IMG/VR virus record: IMGVR_UViG_3300009103_001934
Location: 64,001 to 128,000 of that record
Direction: 5' to 3' (one strand)
From: a virus
DNA: 64,000 nt
This document shows, piece after piece, positions 8,880 to 18,959 of the stretch. The notes beneath the pieces are model-generated. The model searched no databases. It had not been told where the DNA came from and was given only the letters and a program-made list of their open reading frames with translations. A program made the position numbers and the translations under genes. Positions within the stretch are counted from its first letter, which is position 1. The number at the start of each line of letters is the position of its first letter.

Positions 8880-10836
8880 AATATTTATAAATATCGCTTC
8901 GTATAGGGACAAGGAATTAATTCCGACAGTAAAAGACGCTATTAAAAAAGCGAAAGATAAAAGCAGGATTTCGTTCGGTATATGCTGGCAGTACGGAGAA
9001 GATGAACCGCTTACCTTTGGCGAGGACGAGGATCCTTTATTCGAAGGGATCGGGGGGCTCAATTACGCTAGGTATGACTATAGAGATAGTTTGGGTATGG
9101 GCTGGGGGAGGAAGATCAGTCAGGCTTTTTGGAGGGGCGAGCAATTTCAGTTACAAATTGATTCTCATATGAGATTCGCCCAAGACTGGGACTGGCATTT
9201 ATTAAATCTTTTAGCTAGATGCGAATCTTCTAAGCCAATCTTAACCTCTAGAACCTTACCGTATTACCCAGAGAAAGGAGATGAATTAAAAGATGGACTT
9301 AGTACCTACATGCACCCCAAAAACTTTAGGGATAACGGAGTGCTAGTGTTAACTTCTGGAGCGATAAGGCACAGATGGAAGAAAAAGAATCCTATTCCGG
9401 GAGCTTTTATCTCAGGACACTTCATGTTTTCGTCGTCAAAAATTCTACAAGAAATGCCGTACGACGATAAGTTTGCGATCATTAGCACTGGGGACGAGCC
9501 AGCGCTAGCAATTAAAGCTTGGACTCGTGGCTGGGATATTTTTTACCCTCATAAGGTGTATGTTTGGCATCATTTCTACAGAGAAGGAGCCAAGAAAAAC
9601 CACAGTGATCAATATTTTAAAAAGGGCACAGATGTGCATCCTTCTCAGAGGAAGCTCGCAGAAGAGGGCGTGAAAAGATTTGTAGCGCTAACATCAGGAA
9701 AAATAAAAGACGAAAGGTATGGCTTAGGCAAGGCCAGAACACTGGAAGAGTATAAGCAGTATACTGGAGTAGACTATAAGAGAAGAAAGATTCAGAAAAG
9801 GGGTGACTTAATAGAGGGCGTTTGGAAATCAAAGAGCGCTGACTCGGCCACGCCCCAGCCACGACCGATGATTAAAGTCGAAGGGAACGATAAGGTAGGA
9901 GAAAACGCAAAGAATAAAATATATGTACAGATAGCTAGCTATAGAGATCCTGATGTAGAGAATACCATTCAAGACTTAATAGCAAAGGCAGATAAGCCTA
10001 ATAACTTAATCCTAGGCATCTGTGATCAGTATGGGCCAGAAAACAGAAACTTGCCAGAATATAGCAAAGAGAACTTCAGGGTTATCAGAGTTCCTTTTTA
10101 TATTAGTCCGGGGTTAGGTTGGGCAAGGCATATGATACAAAAATTGTACTTTGAGGGCGACGCAGAGTACACCATGCAGTTAGACTCCCATATGAGATTT
10201 AAAACTGGTTGGGATACTAAATTAATTAATATGGTTAAGGACGCACCCTCTAAAAAACCGATAATCTCTCATTATTGTACGGCCTTTACATTTGATCAAA
10301 AGCCTATGAGCTACGAGAATAGAGATGATCTATTTAAAATGTATTGCTTGAGGTTTAACGACACAGGAACGGTCTCCTTCAGGCAGAGGAGAGTCCACAA
10401 GGAAGAGCAGACGGGTAGACCCGGGAGATCTATGCTTGTTTCGGGACACTTTTATTTTACCCTAGCTAAGCATATAGGGGAATATAAATATGATCCCGAT
10501 TTATATTTTGCTGGAGATGAAATTTCTCTAGCGACTAGGTCTTGGACTAGAGGGTGGGATATGTTTTATCCCTCAGAAAATGTAGTGTTTCATAATTACA
10601 CCAGAGAGAAGAGAATATGTCACTGGGCGGATCAAAAAATCGGCTATGGATCACTACATAAAGAGAGTCTTAAAAGACTAAGGCAAATGCTGGGAATGGA
10701 AGATAACGGAATAGACCTTGGAGAGTATGGCCTAGGAACAGAAAGGAACTTAAAAGATTTTGAAAAAATATCTGGCATTAATTTTAAAGAAAGAAAGCTA
10801 GCAGAAAGAGCAGAGAAGGGAGAGCCGTCCTTTTAG
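8872..10836 (+). CDS. Tandem two-domain Gnt1/Skp1-like GlcNAc transferase
   Basis: Two repeats of IASYRD...Q[IL]DSHMRF...SGHF.F...G[DE]E.....W(T)RGWD. Confidence 0.8.
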   Translation: MNRIFINIASYRDKELIPTVKDAIKKAKDKSRISFGICWQYGEDEPLTFGEDEDPLFEGIGGLNYARYDYRDSLGMGWGRKISQAFWRGEQFQLQIDSHMRFAQDWDWHLLNLLARCESSKPILTSRTLPYYPEKGDELKDGLSTYMHPKNFRDNGVLVLTSGAIRHRWKKKNPIPGAFISGHFMFSSSKILQEMPYDDKFAIISTGDEPALAIKAWTRGWDIFYPHKVYVWHHFYREGAKKNHSDQYFKKGTDVHPSQRKLAEEGVKRFVALTSGKIKDERYGLGKARTLEEYKQYTGVDYKRRKIQKRGDLIEGVWKSKSADSATPQPRPMIKVEGNDKVGENAKNKIYVQIASYRDPDVENTIQDLIAKADKPNNLILGICDQYGPENRNLPEYSKENFRVIRVPFYISPGLGWARHMIQKLYFEGDAEYTMQLDSHMRFKTGWDTKLINMVKDAPSKKPIISHYCTAFTFDQKPMSYENRDDLFKMYCLRFNDTGTVSFRQRRVHKEEQTGRPGRSMLVSGHFYFTLAKHIGEYKYDPDLYFAGDEISLATRSWTRGWDMFYPSENVVFHNYTREKRICHWADQKIGYGSLHKESLKRLRQMLGMEDNGIDLGEYGLGTERNLKDFEKISGINFKERKLAERAEKGEPSF

Positions 10837-10838
10837 TT

Positions 10839-11678
10839 ATGGCTGTAGTATTTCATTTTAATGGTCACGCTGAGCCCAAGTATTCAGATCAGGATATCTG
10901 GTTTCTAAAGCAAAAGGTAATAGAGGCGGCGGGTAGTAAATATGAGCTAGAAGACTGCGAGGTGTTGACTTTTGATAACGCTTTTCACCACTATACGCTG
11001 CTTGAGTGCACGGATAGGCTTAAATTACCAATAGTTAATTTGGGCGAAGAAAAATATTATAAACCCCTCAGAGAAAAATACAAGCTTAACGAAGAAGAAA
11101 AGTGGTACGGCAACCTAACAGCGAAGAAAAAAATGAAGGACGGTTTTACCTTAACCCATAAAATCCTAGCTGTTTATGACTACTTAAAGAATAATAAAAC
11201 AAAAAAATATTTTTATTTCTTTGATCAGTCCGACGTATATATTACCGGCGACTTACAAGAGAAAATAAAAGTACTAGAAGAAAAAAAATGCAAATTACTT
11301 TTTAATGCAGAAACCAAATGTATGTACTGGCCCATGGCGATTAGGGGTAATCCAATATATCCTGATATTAATAAGTTTTTTATTAACTATGGAGACCTAA
11401 AGAAGTTTGAAGTAGATACCTATTCACCGACCGCTCACGAATCTAACGGTAAAAAGTTTTTATTTTTAAATAGCGGGGCATATTTAGCGGAAACAGATTT
11501 CTTTGTTTCGTTCTTCGATAAATATATTAACTTCTTTATGGAATTTATTGATGTAAATGATCAAACTATTATGCATCATTTTCATTTTTTATATTACCCA
11601 GATATACAAGTCGATAATAAGTGCGAGATCTTTCAGTGCATGGGACCAAACGTAGTGGAGTTTAATTATGAAAGATGA
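10839..11678 (+). CDS. PLOD/LH3 GT-domain-like glycosyltransferase, paralog 1
   Basis: DQSDV, LFNAE, FLNSG, DQ, DNKCEIFQ. Confidence 0.7.
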   Translation: MAVVFHFNGHAEPKYSDQDIWFLKQKVIEAAGSKYELEDCEVLTFDNAFHHYTLLECTDRLKLPIVNLGEEKYYKPLREKYKLNEEEKWYGNLTAKKKMKDGFTLTHKILAVYDYLKNNKTKKYFYFFDQSDVYITGDLQEKIKVLEEKKCKLLFNAETKCMYWPMAIRGNPIYPDINKFFINYGDLKKFEVDTYSPTAHESNGKKFLFLNSGAYLAETDFFVSFFDKYINFFMEFIDVNDQTIMHHFHFLYYPDIQVDNKCEIFQCMGPNVVEFNYER

Positions 11679-12523
11679 GCGCATTAGCTTTTCATTTTAA
11701 TGGTTCGACACTTGGTAAATATAGGCATAATCTTGCCGTACTCGAAAACCTTTTAGAAAAAAACTCTAGGCGACCGACTGCGCTAGACAAGACCCAAATC
11801 TTTTGTTTTGATAATTCATTAAATAATTTAATGTTAATAGACTGCCTCAGAAAACTGAACCTAGACTTCATTAACTTGGGTGAGAAACGGTATTTTGGGG
11901 AGCTTCAAAAAAGATACCCGTTTAAAGATAAAAAGCACACTTGGTTTCTAAATCCGAAGTGGCTAGGCAAGGAGGGAGAGGAAGACAATCATTTTTGGCC
12001 GCTAGCTAAGATGATGACATTATATCATTATATTAAAAATAATAAAAATATTAAGCCTTACTTTTTTTTATTCGATCAGAGCGACGTGTTTTTAACAGAC
12101 AACCCAGAAAAAAAACTGGAAGTATTCTTGGAAAAAGATTGCGGTATGCTTTTCGGGGCGGAGTCTAACTGTATGTATTGGCCCATGAGAATAAGGGGCA
12201 AGTTATGGTACGCTTATATTAATAAATTTTTTGCAAATTACGGGGACGTTAAAAGGTTTGAGTCAGAAACTTACTCTGAAGATTGCTACGCTAGCGGTGG
12301 ACATAAGATGGTATTTTTAAATGGAGGCATGAGAATATGCAATACTGAATATTACATGAATTTTATGGATAAATATTATAGATTTATTGAAGAATTCATG
12401 TGCTTAACGGAGCAAACAACGCTACATCACTTTCACTTCTCTTACTACCCAGAGATACAAATAGATAATAAATGTGAGATTTTTCAGTGTATGTATCCCA
12501 GCGGTATTGAATATAATATATAA
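11675..12523 (+). CDS. PLOD/LH3 GT-domain-like glycosyltransferase, paralog 2
   Basis: DQSDV, LFGAE, FLNGG, DNKCEIFQ; shares CMYWPM and HHFHF.YYP with paralog 1. Confidence 0.7.
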   Translation: MSALAFHFNGSTLGKYRHNLAVLENLLEKNSRRPTALDKTQIFCFDNSLNNLMLIDCLRKLNLDFINLGEKRYFGELQKRYPFKDKKHTWFLNPKWLGKEGEEDNHFWPLAKMMTLYHYIKNNKNIKPYFFLFDQSDVFLTDNPEKKLEVFLEKDCGMLFGAESNCMYWPMRIRGKLWYAYINKFFANYGDVKRFESETYSEDCYASGGHKMVFLNGGMRICNTEYYMNFMDKYYRFIEEFMCLTEQTTLHHFHFSYYPEIQIDNKCEIFQCMYPSGIEYNI

Positions 12524-13344
12524 TGAAACTTTTTGCTGGCCCATACAGGCACGAGTTTGGTCACGAGCTTTTTAGTTTCCAAGGGCACGTAAGGAAACTG
12601 TCAACAGCTTATGACAGAACGGTAGTGTGCAGTAGAGAAAGTATGCGATATTTATATCAAGATTTTGTTGACGAATTCGTTCCGTTGGACGATCACTTAG
12701 ATATTTCAAAGTATTCGGATTACAAAGTAATAACTAAGGACGATTGTCATTACCACGTGGCTAGATCAGCAGGGAACGTTAACTTAGACCAGAAATTTAT
12801 CCGATATGGGCAGCCAATAGAAGAAGGGTATGATATTATTTTTCACGCAAGAGCTAAGAGCGGGGGTATGTGCAAAAATCTAGAAAGAAAAGTATACGAT
12901 GAAGCGTTTAAAGAATTGAATGGTAAATATAAAGTGTCTTTCATAGGGACTAAAAAAGATTCTTACTGTCCGGACGGAGCAAAAGACTTAAGGGATATAC
13001 CTTTAAAAAAGCTAGCGGATATTATATGCTCCTCAAGGCTAGTAGTGGGAGAAAGCAGCGGACCGATTCATTTCGCTTCTTTGTGCGGCACGCAGCACCT
13101 CACTTGGGGAGGGTATAGACTTAGAACTTTTTCTAGATACACTTATCACTGGAATCCATTTAGCGTGAACTGTTTTTTGTTTGAGACGCTACAGGACAAC
13201 TACCTTAAGAACCGAATTAAAATCGGTGCAAGGGTACCCAAGGATATCCTAGAGAGGGAGCATGTTAATATAATCGAAAGCAAAACCCATAGGGAACCGT
13301 CTTTGAATGACCTAGTTTTAGCTATAACTGCCATTTTAAAATGA
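12523..13344 (+). CDS. GT9 (heptosyltransferase)-like protein
   Basis: C-terminal DLRDIPLKKLADII...VVGESSGPIHFASL matches the GT9 'SGp.HlA' region. Confidence 0.6.
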   Translation: MKLFAGPYRHEFGHELFSFQGHVRKLSTAYDRTVVCSRESMRYLYQDFVDEFVPLDDHLDISKYSDYKVITKDDCHYHVARSAGNVNLDQKFIRYGQPIEEGYDIIFHARAKSGGMCKNLERKVYDEAFKELNGKYKVSFIGTKKDSYCPDGAKDLRDIPLKKLADIICSSRLVVGESSGPIHFASLCGTQHLTWGGYRLRTFSRYTYHWNPFSVNCFLFETLQDNYLKNRIKIGARVPKDILEREHVNIIESKTHREPSLNDLVLAITAILK

Positions 13345-14021
13345 AAGATTACTGTATCGCCACCTTAAGTGCCGGAGAAAAGTATAACAAATACTTAAAA
13401 AATAATCTTTTATCAAATACCGACATAACAGAGGAAGGAACAAAAATATTTATTACTACAGATGATACAGAGTCTTTTGCTAGTTACAAAGATAGGGCGG
13501 AGATTTTTAACTTCACTCCTGAATGGATTGCGGACGTTAGGGAAACAAGAACAAGAAATTGGTTTAACTATCACCTAAAAACGCATGCGATAAGAAATGC
13601 CTTTAATGCGGGCTATACTAAAATATTATACATAGATAGCGATATAAATATATTAAAATGGAATAAAGACTTCTTAGTTAAGGAGCAAAGGGGCTTTTAC
13701 TTTAGGACCTTTTTAAGCAAGGGTCAATATGCGGAAAAATATGACTTTTATTCTAAGCTTTTTGGTGCTAACTTATGGCATTATTATAGACCGGTTAGCG
13801 AGAAGCTAATATATATTAACACGGAGCCGGATAAAATTAATGGATTTTTGAATACTTGGGAATACTTGGCGGATATGTCTAGGGGGAAAGTGAATCCTTA
13901 CTCTGAAGGGCATGAAATACTACTGGCTTGTAGGTTTAATGGAGCAAGCGTTTTTAAATATAAGCCAGACCCATTTAAAGGCAGCGAAAAGTTTATGCAA
14001 GATAGTCACGGTGCAGGATGA
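13341..14021 (+). CDS. Putative GT-A glycosyltransferase
   Basis: ILYIDSDI DxD motif; cluster context. Confidence 0.55.
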   Translation: MKDYCIATLSAGEKYNKYLKNNLLSNTDITEEGTKIFITTDDTESFASYKDRAEIFNFTPEWIADVRETRTRNWFNYHLKTHAIRNAFNAGYTKILYIDSDINILKWNKDFLVKEQRGFYFRTFLSKGQYAEKYDFYSKLFGANLWHYYRPVSEKLIYINTEPDKINGFLNTWEYLADMSRGKVNPYSEGHEILLACRFNGASVFKYKPDPFKGSEKFMQDSHGAG

Positions 14022-14836
14022 AAATAACCACAGTCATAGAATTGTTTGGGCAAGAAAAGGAGGAGTTACTTAACAATTATTATTTAATGTTAAAGCTCTG
14101 GCTACATCATTTGAATATGTATGCCAACGAGTGTGAAATAGAGTTGCTTTATATTAATTCTTTTACGGGCGTAAAATCAAACGTGCTTTTCTATAAAGAT
14201 TTTGAAGAGTTTTTAAAACGGTATCCCAAATTGAATATAAGTATAGAACAGATAGACTCGCCTCAGGTCGATCGTACACCCCGAGGAAGAAAGCATTCTA
14301 TTAAACATCAACAATTTTTCAATAACAAGCTGGCCGTTTTACAGCGCAAGCCCCCGTTTATTTGGATGGATATAGACCTCTTCCTTTTTAAGCCGCTTAA
14401 AGAATTTTATAAACACATGGGAGACAATCCATTCGTGGGGACAGGACACGGAAGTCATATACGGGGAGAAAAAGACAAGGTTCAAGCTGGACTTTATATA
14501 CTTAATAAAGAGAACTATATAGATATTGAGCTAGGACTTAAGCAGTGTCAAGAACTAGCTGGGGATCAGGCGCAGCACGTTTGCCACGATCAAGGTATAA
14601 TAAACGGATTCTTCACTAAGACCGGCCTAAACCCCTTTGTTTTTCATGGGCATGAATATTGGAATTGGCATGGAATGAGGTGCGATTTTCACAAAGACGG
14701 CGCAGAAGAGTTTGTCCGATGTACCGATAAGGAGGGGGACGAGGTCCATGGGTGTCATTTTTGGGGACTGCAAAAGCCGTGGAGGTACGCTCCGACGAAG
14801 GCGTTTTGGGAGGACTCTATCAAAAGAATAATATGA
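14018..14836 (+). CDS. GT8-like glycosyltransferase
   Basis: WMDID, DQGIIN, HFWGLQKPW. Confidence 0.7.
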   Translation: MKITTVIELFGQEKEELLNNYYLMLKLWLHHLNMYANECEIELLYINSFTGVKSNVLFYKDFEEFLKRYPKLNISIEQIDSPQVDRTPRGRKHSIKHQQFFNNKLAVLQRKPPFIWMDIDLFLFKPLKEFYKHMGDNPFVGTGHGSHIRGEKDKVQAGLYILNKENYIDIELGLKQCQELAGDQAQHVCHDQGIINGFFTKTGLNPFVFHGHEYWNWHGMRCDFHKDGAEEFVRCTDKEGDEVHGCHFWGLQKPWRYAPTKAFWEDSIKRII

Positions 14837-15645
14837 TTACTTTAAATAATACATTATTTGATACGAAGCCATTTTTATTTCATATGAATGGTAGCCACGT
14901 TAAGAATTCTCAGGGCAGGAAGCTCAGGTCAGAGCTTTTTAAATATATTGATAGTAACATTTACGAGGAGGAGGGAGGGATAAGGGATACGACTTACTTT
15001 ATCTGTAGTTCCTATGGGGAGAGAGAAACTAACCTAGAAAAGACGCTTAAATTCTTCAAGGTTCCTTACGTTATGAGTGGCAGAGGAACAGAGGGGTGGG
15101 TTAATACTATGAAAGCGGGCCTGTTGGCAGAGTATCTACCCAAGATAAATACGAAGTATACCATGGGAATAGATGCCCATGACGTACTTTTACTTAAAGA
15201 TGCTAATGGAATTATCGACACCTTTGAGGAGGAGTTTGATTGTGACATGCTGTTTAATGCAGAGCTAGTTTCTTACCCAGAAAATGAAGAGCTCGCAGAT
15301 TTCGAAAAAGCGATATACGGAGATAGCCCGTTTCATTTTTTAAATTCAGGAGTTTGGATAGCCAAGACCGAATTCCTCAAGACTGTTATTCGAGACATAC
15401 TTGAAATAAGGTCCTCCAGACCCAGAAGCGACCAAGAGATCTATCGAAAGTTACATAAAAAATATTTCCCAAGGATTCAGATAGATAATCGCTGCGTTAT
15501 TTTTCAAACTACTTGCGAAAGCCTTAGTAAAAATTTAAGATCATCTCAGGTGGACCCCGATAACGCTTACGAGGTCGTGATAGACAAAGAAACAAGTACC
15601 TCTTTTAATTTATTACTTAAAAGGGAAAAATCAATAAGTGCTTGA
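14833..15645 (+). CDS. PLOD/LH3 GT-domain-like glycosyltransferase, paralog 3
   Basis: ATGA overlap start; DAHDV, LFNAE, FLNSG, SDQ, IDNRCVIFQ. Confidence 0.7.
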   Translation: MITLNNTLFDTKPFLFHMNGSHVKNSQGRKLRSELFKYIDSNIYEEEGGIRDTTYFICSSYGERETNLEKTLKFFKVPYVMSGRGTEGWVNTMKAGLLAEYLPKINTKYTMGIDAHDVLLLKDANGIIDTFEEEFDCDMLFNAELVSYPENEELADFEKAIYGDSPFHFLNSGVWIAKTEFLKTVIRDILEIRSSRPRSDQEIYRKLHKKYFPRIQIDNRCVIFQTTCESLSKNLRSSQVDPDNAYEVVIDKETSTSFNLLLKREKSISA

Positions 15646-15837
15646 TTTTTTTGAGGAAAAGGGATAAAATTAAGATAGGATGAGAGTAAAAAAGGATAAG
15701 GCATACGTGGTCATAAGCGCTAATAAGGGTTATGTACAGGGAGCCTTTCCTTACACGAAGGAAGGTAAAAAACAAGCGTATGTATATCGCAATAAGCTAA
15801 AGAAAAAAAACAAGGAAGATTATGAGGTGGTCGTAAG

Positions 15838-16089
15838 ATGAGCTTAAACAAAATTATAAAAGATCAAAAAAATATAGATCTATCAGTAGATTGGTTAGAA
15901 AAGAAAACTGAAAAAATATACGCCACCTACGAAAAAGTAGAAGATTGTTACTCACAAGAATGTGAGAAAGAAAAAGAAATTTTACAAAGCGAGCTTCAGT
16001 TTTACATACATAAGCTCAAATTAGAAGAAAAAAATATTGACTTGGCAGAAGAAAAGCTTTATGCTCTTTCTGGTAGCAATAATGAATAG
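15838..16089 (+). CDS. Hypothetical coiled-coil protein
   Basis: 83 aa ORF coupled to the next gene. Confidence 0.55.
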   Translation: MSLNKIIKDQKNIDLSVDWLEKKTEKIYATYEKVEDCYSQECEKEKEILQSELQFYIHKLKLEEKNIDLAEEKLYALSGSNNE

Positions 16090-16618
16090 TTTATTTAAAA
16101 CCCGAACTTACCTTGTGGGGCATATGCAATATGCTAGCGGGAGAGACTGGAGAGAATATGTCGAAGAGGAACTGCGCCCATTAGGTATTAGAATTTTCAA
16201 TCCTTACAAAAAGCCCTTCGTAAAAGACGTAGACGAAGATGAAGAAGCTCGCTTAAAAACTCAAGAAGACATGGAACGAGGATATTTTAACGATGTGGCG
16301 GACAGGATGAAAACTATCCGCAGTTACGATCTTAATCTCGTTGATCGCAGTGATTTCATTATTGCCCATCTCGTTCCCGAGGTAGCTAGCTGGGGGAGCG
16401 CGGAAGAAATAGTTACAGCGGTCAGGATGAAAAAGCCAATTTTTATTTCCATGGAAGGGGGGAAAAGTAAAACTCCGCTATGGATGATGGGCATGCTTCC
16501 GCATCACTACGTTTATGATTCCATGGAGGACATTATCGAAATGATTAAAGATATTGATAGTGGAAAAAAAGAAATTGATAGCGATCGGTGGAGATTATTA
16601 AAGGAGGAGTTAAGATAA
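16082..16618 (+). CDS. Nucleoside 2-deoxyribosyltransferase-like / nucleotide N-glycosidase
   Basis: YLVGHM, IFNP, DLNLVDRSDFIIA, SWGSAEE. Confidence 0.75.
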   Translation: MNSLFKTRTYLVGHMQYASGRDWREYVEEELRPLGIRIFNPYKKPFVKDVDEDEEARLKTQEDMERGYFNDVADRMKTIRSYDLNLVDRSDFIIAHLVPEVASWGSAEEIVTAVRMKKPIFISMEGGKSKTPLWMMGMLPHHYVYDSMEDIIEMIKDIDSGKKEIDSDRWRLLKEELR

Positions 16619-16771
16619 AATGTGGCCGGCGGATCGAATAAACTTGTCCGAAATGGAGCGAAAGATAGATAGGTTTAATCACCTTATGGAGTTGTTACGA
16701 ACACTTTTTGGGTTTTGTACGCTATTGTTACAGATTGTTATTTTATGTAAATTATTTGGAGTTATTTAATT

Positions 16772-16975
16772 ATGAATAAAAAGTTATACAATATGTTAAA
16801 AAGTTCCGCAGAGGCAGACCTAGCGAAAGCGGATCTCACCATGGAGTTGCTCGGCGATCATCAAGCGGGTATTGGAGATCATTCTACTGGAGATTTTTAT
16901 AAGAATGCGGAAGAGGCGCTGGCGTTGGCTGCAGATGCTTTGGACAGGTTAGAAACACTAAAGAGATATGGGTGA
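16772..16975 (+). CDS. Hypothetical protein
   Basis: 67 aa ORF; IGDH motif. Confidence 0.6.
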   Translation: MNKKLYNMLKSSAEADLAKADLTMELLGDHQAGIGDHSTGDFYKNAEEALALAADALDRLETLKRYG

Positions 16976-17230
16976 TGGCTGGCAAGGGAGATAAACCAAG
17001 AAACTGCTTCAGCAAGCGGTTTAAGAATAATTATGACGAGATTGACTGGGGAAGAGGAAAGCCTAAGGGAAACTGTAAAAGAAATTCTCGACGTGTTCTC
17101 AAAGACGAGTCTGGAATACGAAAGCAACAGGATGATCGTAGCAGAAGTAATTGCAAAAGATCTTGTAAATGTCAGGAACAAAAATGAGCAAAAAGAAAAA
17201 AAATCGGATTTTTCCCGAGCGGGAAGTTGA
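16972..17230 (+). CDS. One or two small overlapping ORFs (16972-17187, 17033-17230)
   Basis: Both look protein-like; cannot decide between them. Confidence 0.35.
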
Positions 17231-17417
17231 ATCAGAGGTGGACGATATATACGCGCCGCAAAAACGTTATCAAAAAACTAAGAAAGGAAAAGCGGCAGCT
17301 ATGAGAGCTCGAAAGGCTTATGACGAGCGCGACCCAGAGAGAAGAAAAAGACAGAAGCGCGAATATATGAAACGTAAGCGTGCCGAAAAAAGAGCGGGCC
17401 TTAAGCAATATTATTAA
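17184..17417 (+). CDS. Small very basic protein
   Basis: K/R-rich; ATG at 17184. Confidence 0.55.
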   Translation: MSKKKKNRIFPEREVESEVDDIYAPQKRYQKTKKGKAAAMRARKAYDERDPERRKRQKREYMKRKRAEKRAGLKQYY

Positions 17418-17421
17418 AATT

Positions 17422-17498
17422 GGGCAAGTAGCTCAGTTGGATAGAGCAACGGTCTTCTAAACCGTGGGTCGTGAGTTCGAGTCTCACCTTGCCTACCA
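17422..17498 (+). tRNA. tRNA-Arg (UCU)
   Basis: Acceptor GGGCAAG/CTTGCCT-ACCA; anticodon arm ACGGT-CTTCTAA-ACCGT; T-loop TTCGAG. Confidence 0.95.
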
Positions 17499-17504
17499 TT
17501 TAAG

Positions 17505-18464
17505 ATGAAATATAAAGAATACATAGATGACGATCAGGTCAAGGAGTTGCTTGATAACAAATGGCACCAAGTCATAGAGGCTGTTGAACAAGCCTTTGTC
17601 GATCCGACGGCAGACATGGTTCCCAAGACCTATCTTCAGGGTAAGTACGGAGATTTTAGAGCTATGCCAGCAGCACTCAAAGCTTATGCATCGCTGAAGT
17701 GGATTGGGGTATTTCCAAAAAATTGTGAGGTTAATGATCCAGATAATTTTGACGGCCCGGCCCTTCCAACGACACTCGGAACGCTTATTCTCAGCGATAG
17801 GCACACGGGCTATCCGTTAATGGTGATGGACTGTACGACCTTGACTGCGTACAGGACAGCGGCTACTTCAGCGATAGCAGCTAAATATTGCGCGCCCAAC
17901 GCCACAGAGTTCGCTTTTATTGGTTGTGGGTTACAAGCTAGATACCATATCGAAGCTTATGAAGCCATCTTTGGCCACACGGAGATGGACGTTGCGCTAT
18001 ATGACAAAAATGAAAAGGCGCAAAAGGATTTATTTAATTGGCTGGGGGAGCAAAATATTTGTAGAGCTTGGGGCAGGAATAAATCAGTAAAGGAAGCGGT
18101 CAAACACGCAGACGTCGTTACTACTCTTACACCATCTACAACACCTTATTTGGACATCCACGATATTAAAAGTCACTGCCATATCAACGCTGTCGGTGCT
18201 GATGCAGAAGGTAAACGGGAGTTGATGACTAATGTAATTGATGGTTCAGCAGATGTTATTTGTGATGACCCGGAACAAGCTTCGCATTCTGGGGAACTAC
18301 AATATAATGTTTGGCCCCACTTGAGTGTCGCTACTATGGCCGATTTAATTAAAGGCCATAAAACCATGCAGCTAGATAAGGGTGTGTCAGTATTCGATTC
18401 TACCGGAGTGGCTATTGAAGACATAGCTATCGCAGAATTAATTTATAGACTATCTCACCAGTAA
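17505..18464 (+). CDS. Ornithine cyclodeaminase / mu-crystallin family
   Basis: FRAMPA, LTAYRTAA, IGCGLQA, NAVGAD, FDSTGVAIED. Confidence 0.9.
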   Translation: MKYKEYIDDDQVKELLDNKWHQVIEAVEQAFVDPTADMVPKTYLQGKYGDFRAMPAALKAYASLKWIGVFPKNCEVNDPDNFDGPALPTTLGTLILSDRHTGYPLMVMDCTTLTAYRTAATSAIAAKYCAPNATEFAFIGCGLQARYHIEAYEAIFGHTEMDVALYDKNEKAQKDLFNWLGEQNICRAWGRNKSVKEAVKHADVVTTLTPSTTPYLDIHDIKSHCHINAVGADAEGKRELMTNVIDGSADVICDDPEQASHSGELQYNVWPHLSVATMADLIKGHKTMQLDKGVSVFDSTGVAIEDIAIAELIYRLSHQ

Positions 18465-18476
18465 CTATAATAAATA

Positions 18477-18959
18477 ATGAACATTAGTATGACCACCTTC
18501 ACTAAATGGTTTCTGCTTAACGCAGTCATGTTTACAGGGGTATTCTTCGCGGAAACCAAGGGAGCAATATCGTTAATGGTAAAAAATGACGTAAGTTATT
18601 TAACTGTAGTAATAATGACGTTATACGTTGTCGTTTCTGTGGTGGTTGGAAAATTATGCTATATAGCAGATAAGATAGAAAAAGGGATGCAGCCAAATTT
18701 AAGAAGGCAGCTTTCTAAACAAGCGGAAGTCGGTTGGTTCGCGGCGGAACATTTTTTTTCATTAGGCTTATTGGGTACTGTTTTTGGACTATGCGTAGCG
18801 ACTTCAACTAGCCTCACAGAAGGTAATGAAATAAGCGAGATTGTGTCTGGACTTAAAACTGGCCTAAACACGGCGTTTTATACTACTATCTGTGGGATAG
18901 TATTTAGCTTACCGCTACAGGCTCAGTTAATAATTTTAAGGTTCAAGCTCGAGGAATGA
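18477..18959 (+). CDS. MotA/TolQ/ExbB proton-channel family protein
   Basis: Four TMs; LGLLGTVFG, GLNTAFYTT. Confidence 0.8.
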   Translation: MNISMTTFTKWFLLNAVMFTGVFFAETKGAISLMVKNDVSYLTVVIMTLYVVVSVVVGKLCYIADKIEKGMQPNLRRQLSKQAEVGWFAAEHFFSLGLLGTVFGLCVATSTSLTEGNEISEIVSGLKTGLNTAFYTTICGIVFSLPLQAQLIILRFKLEE

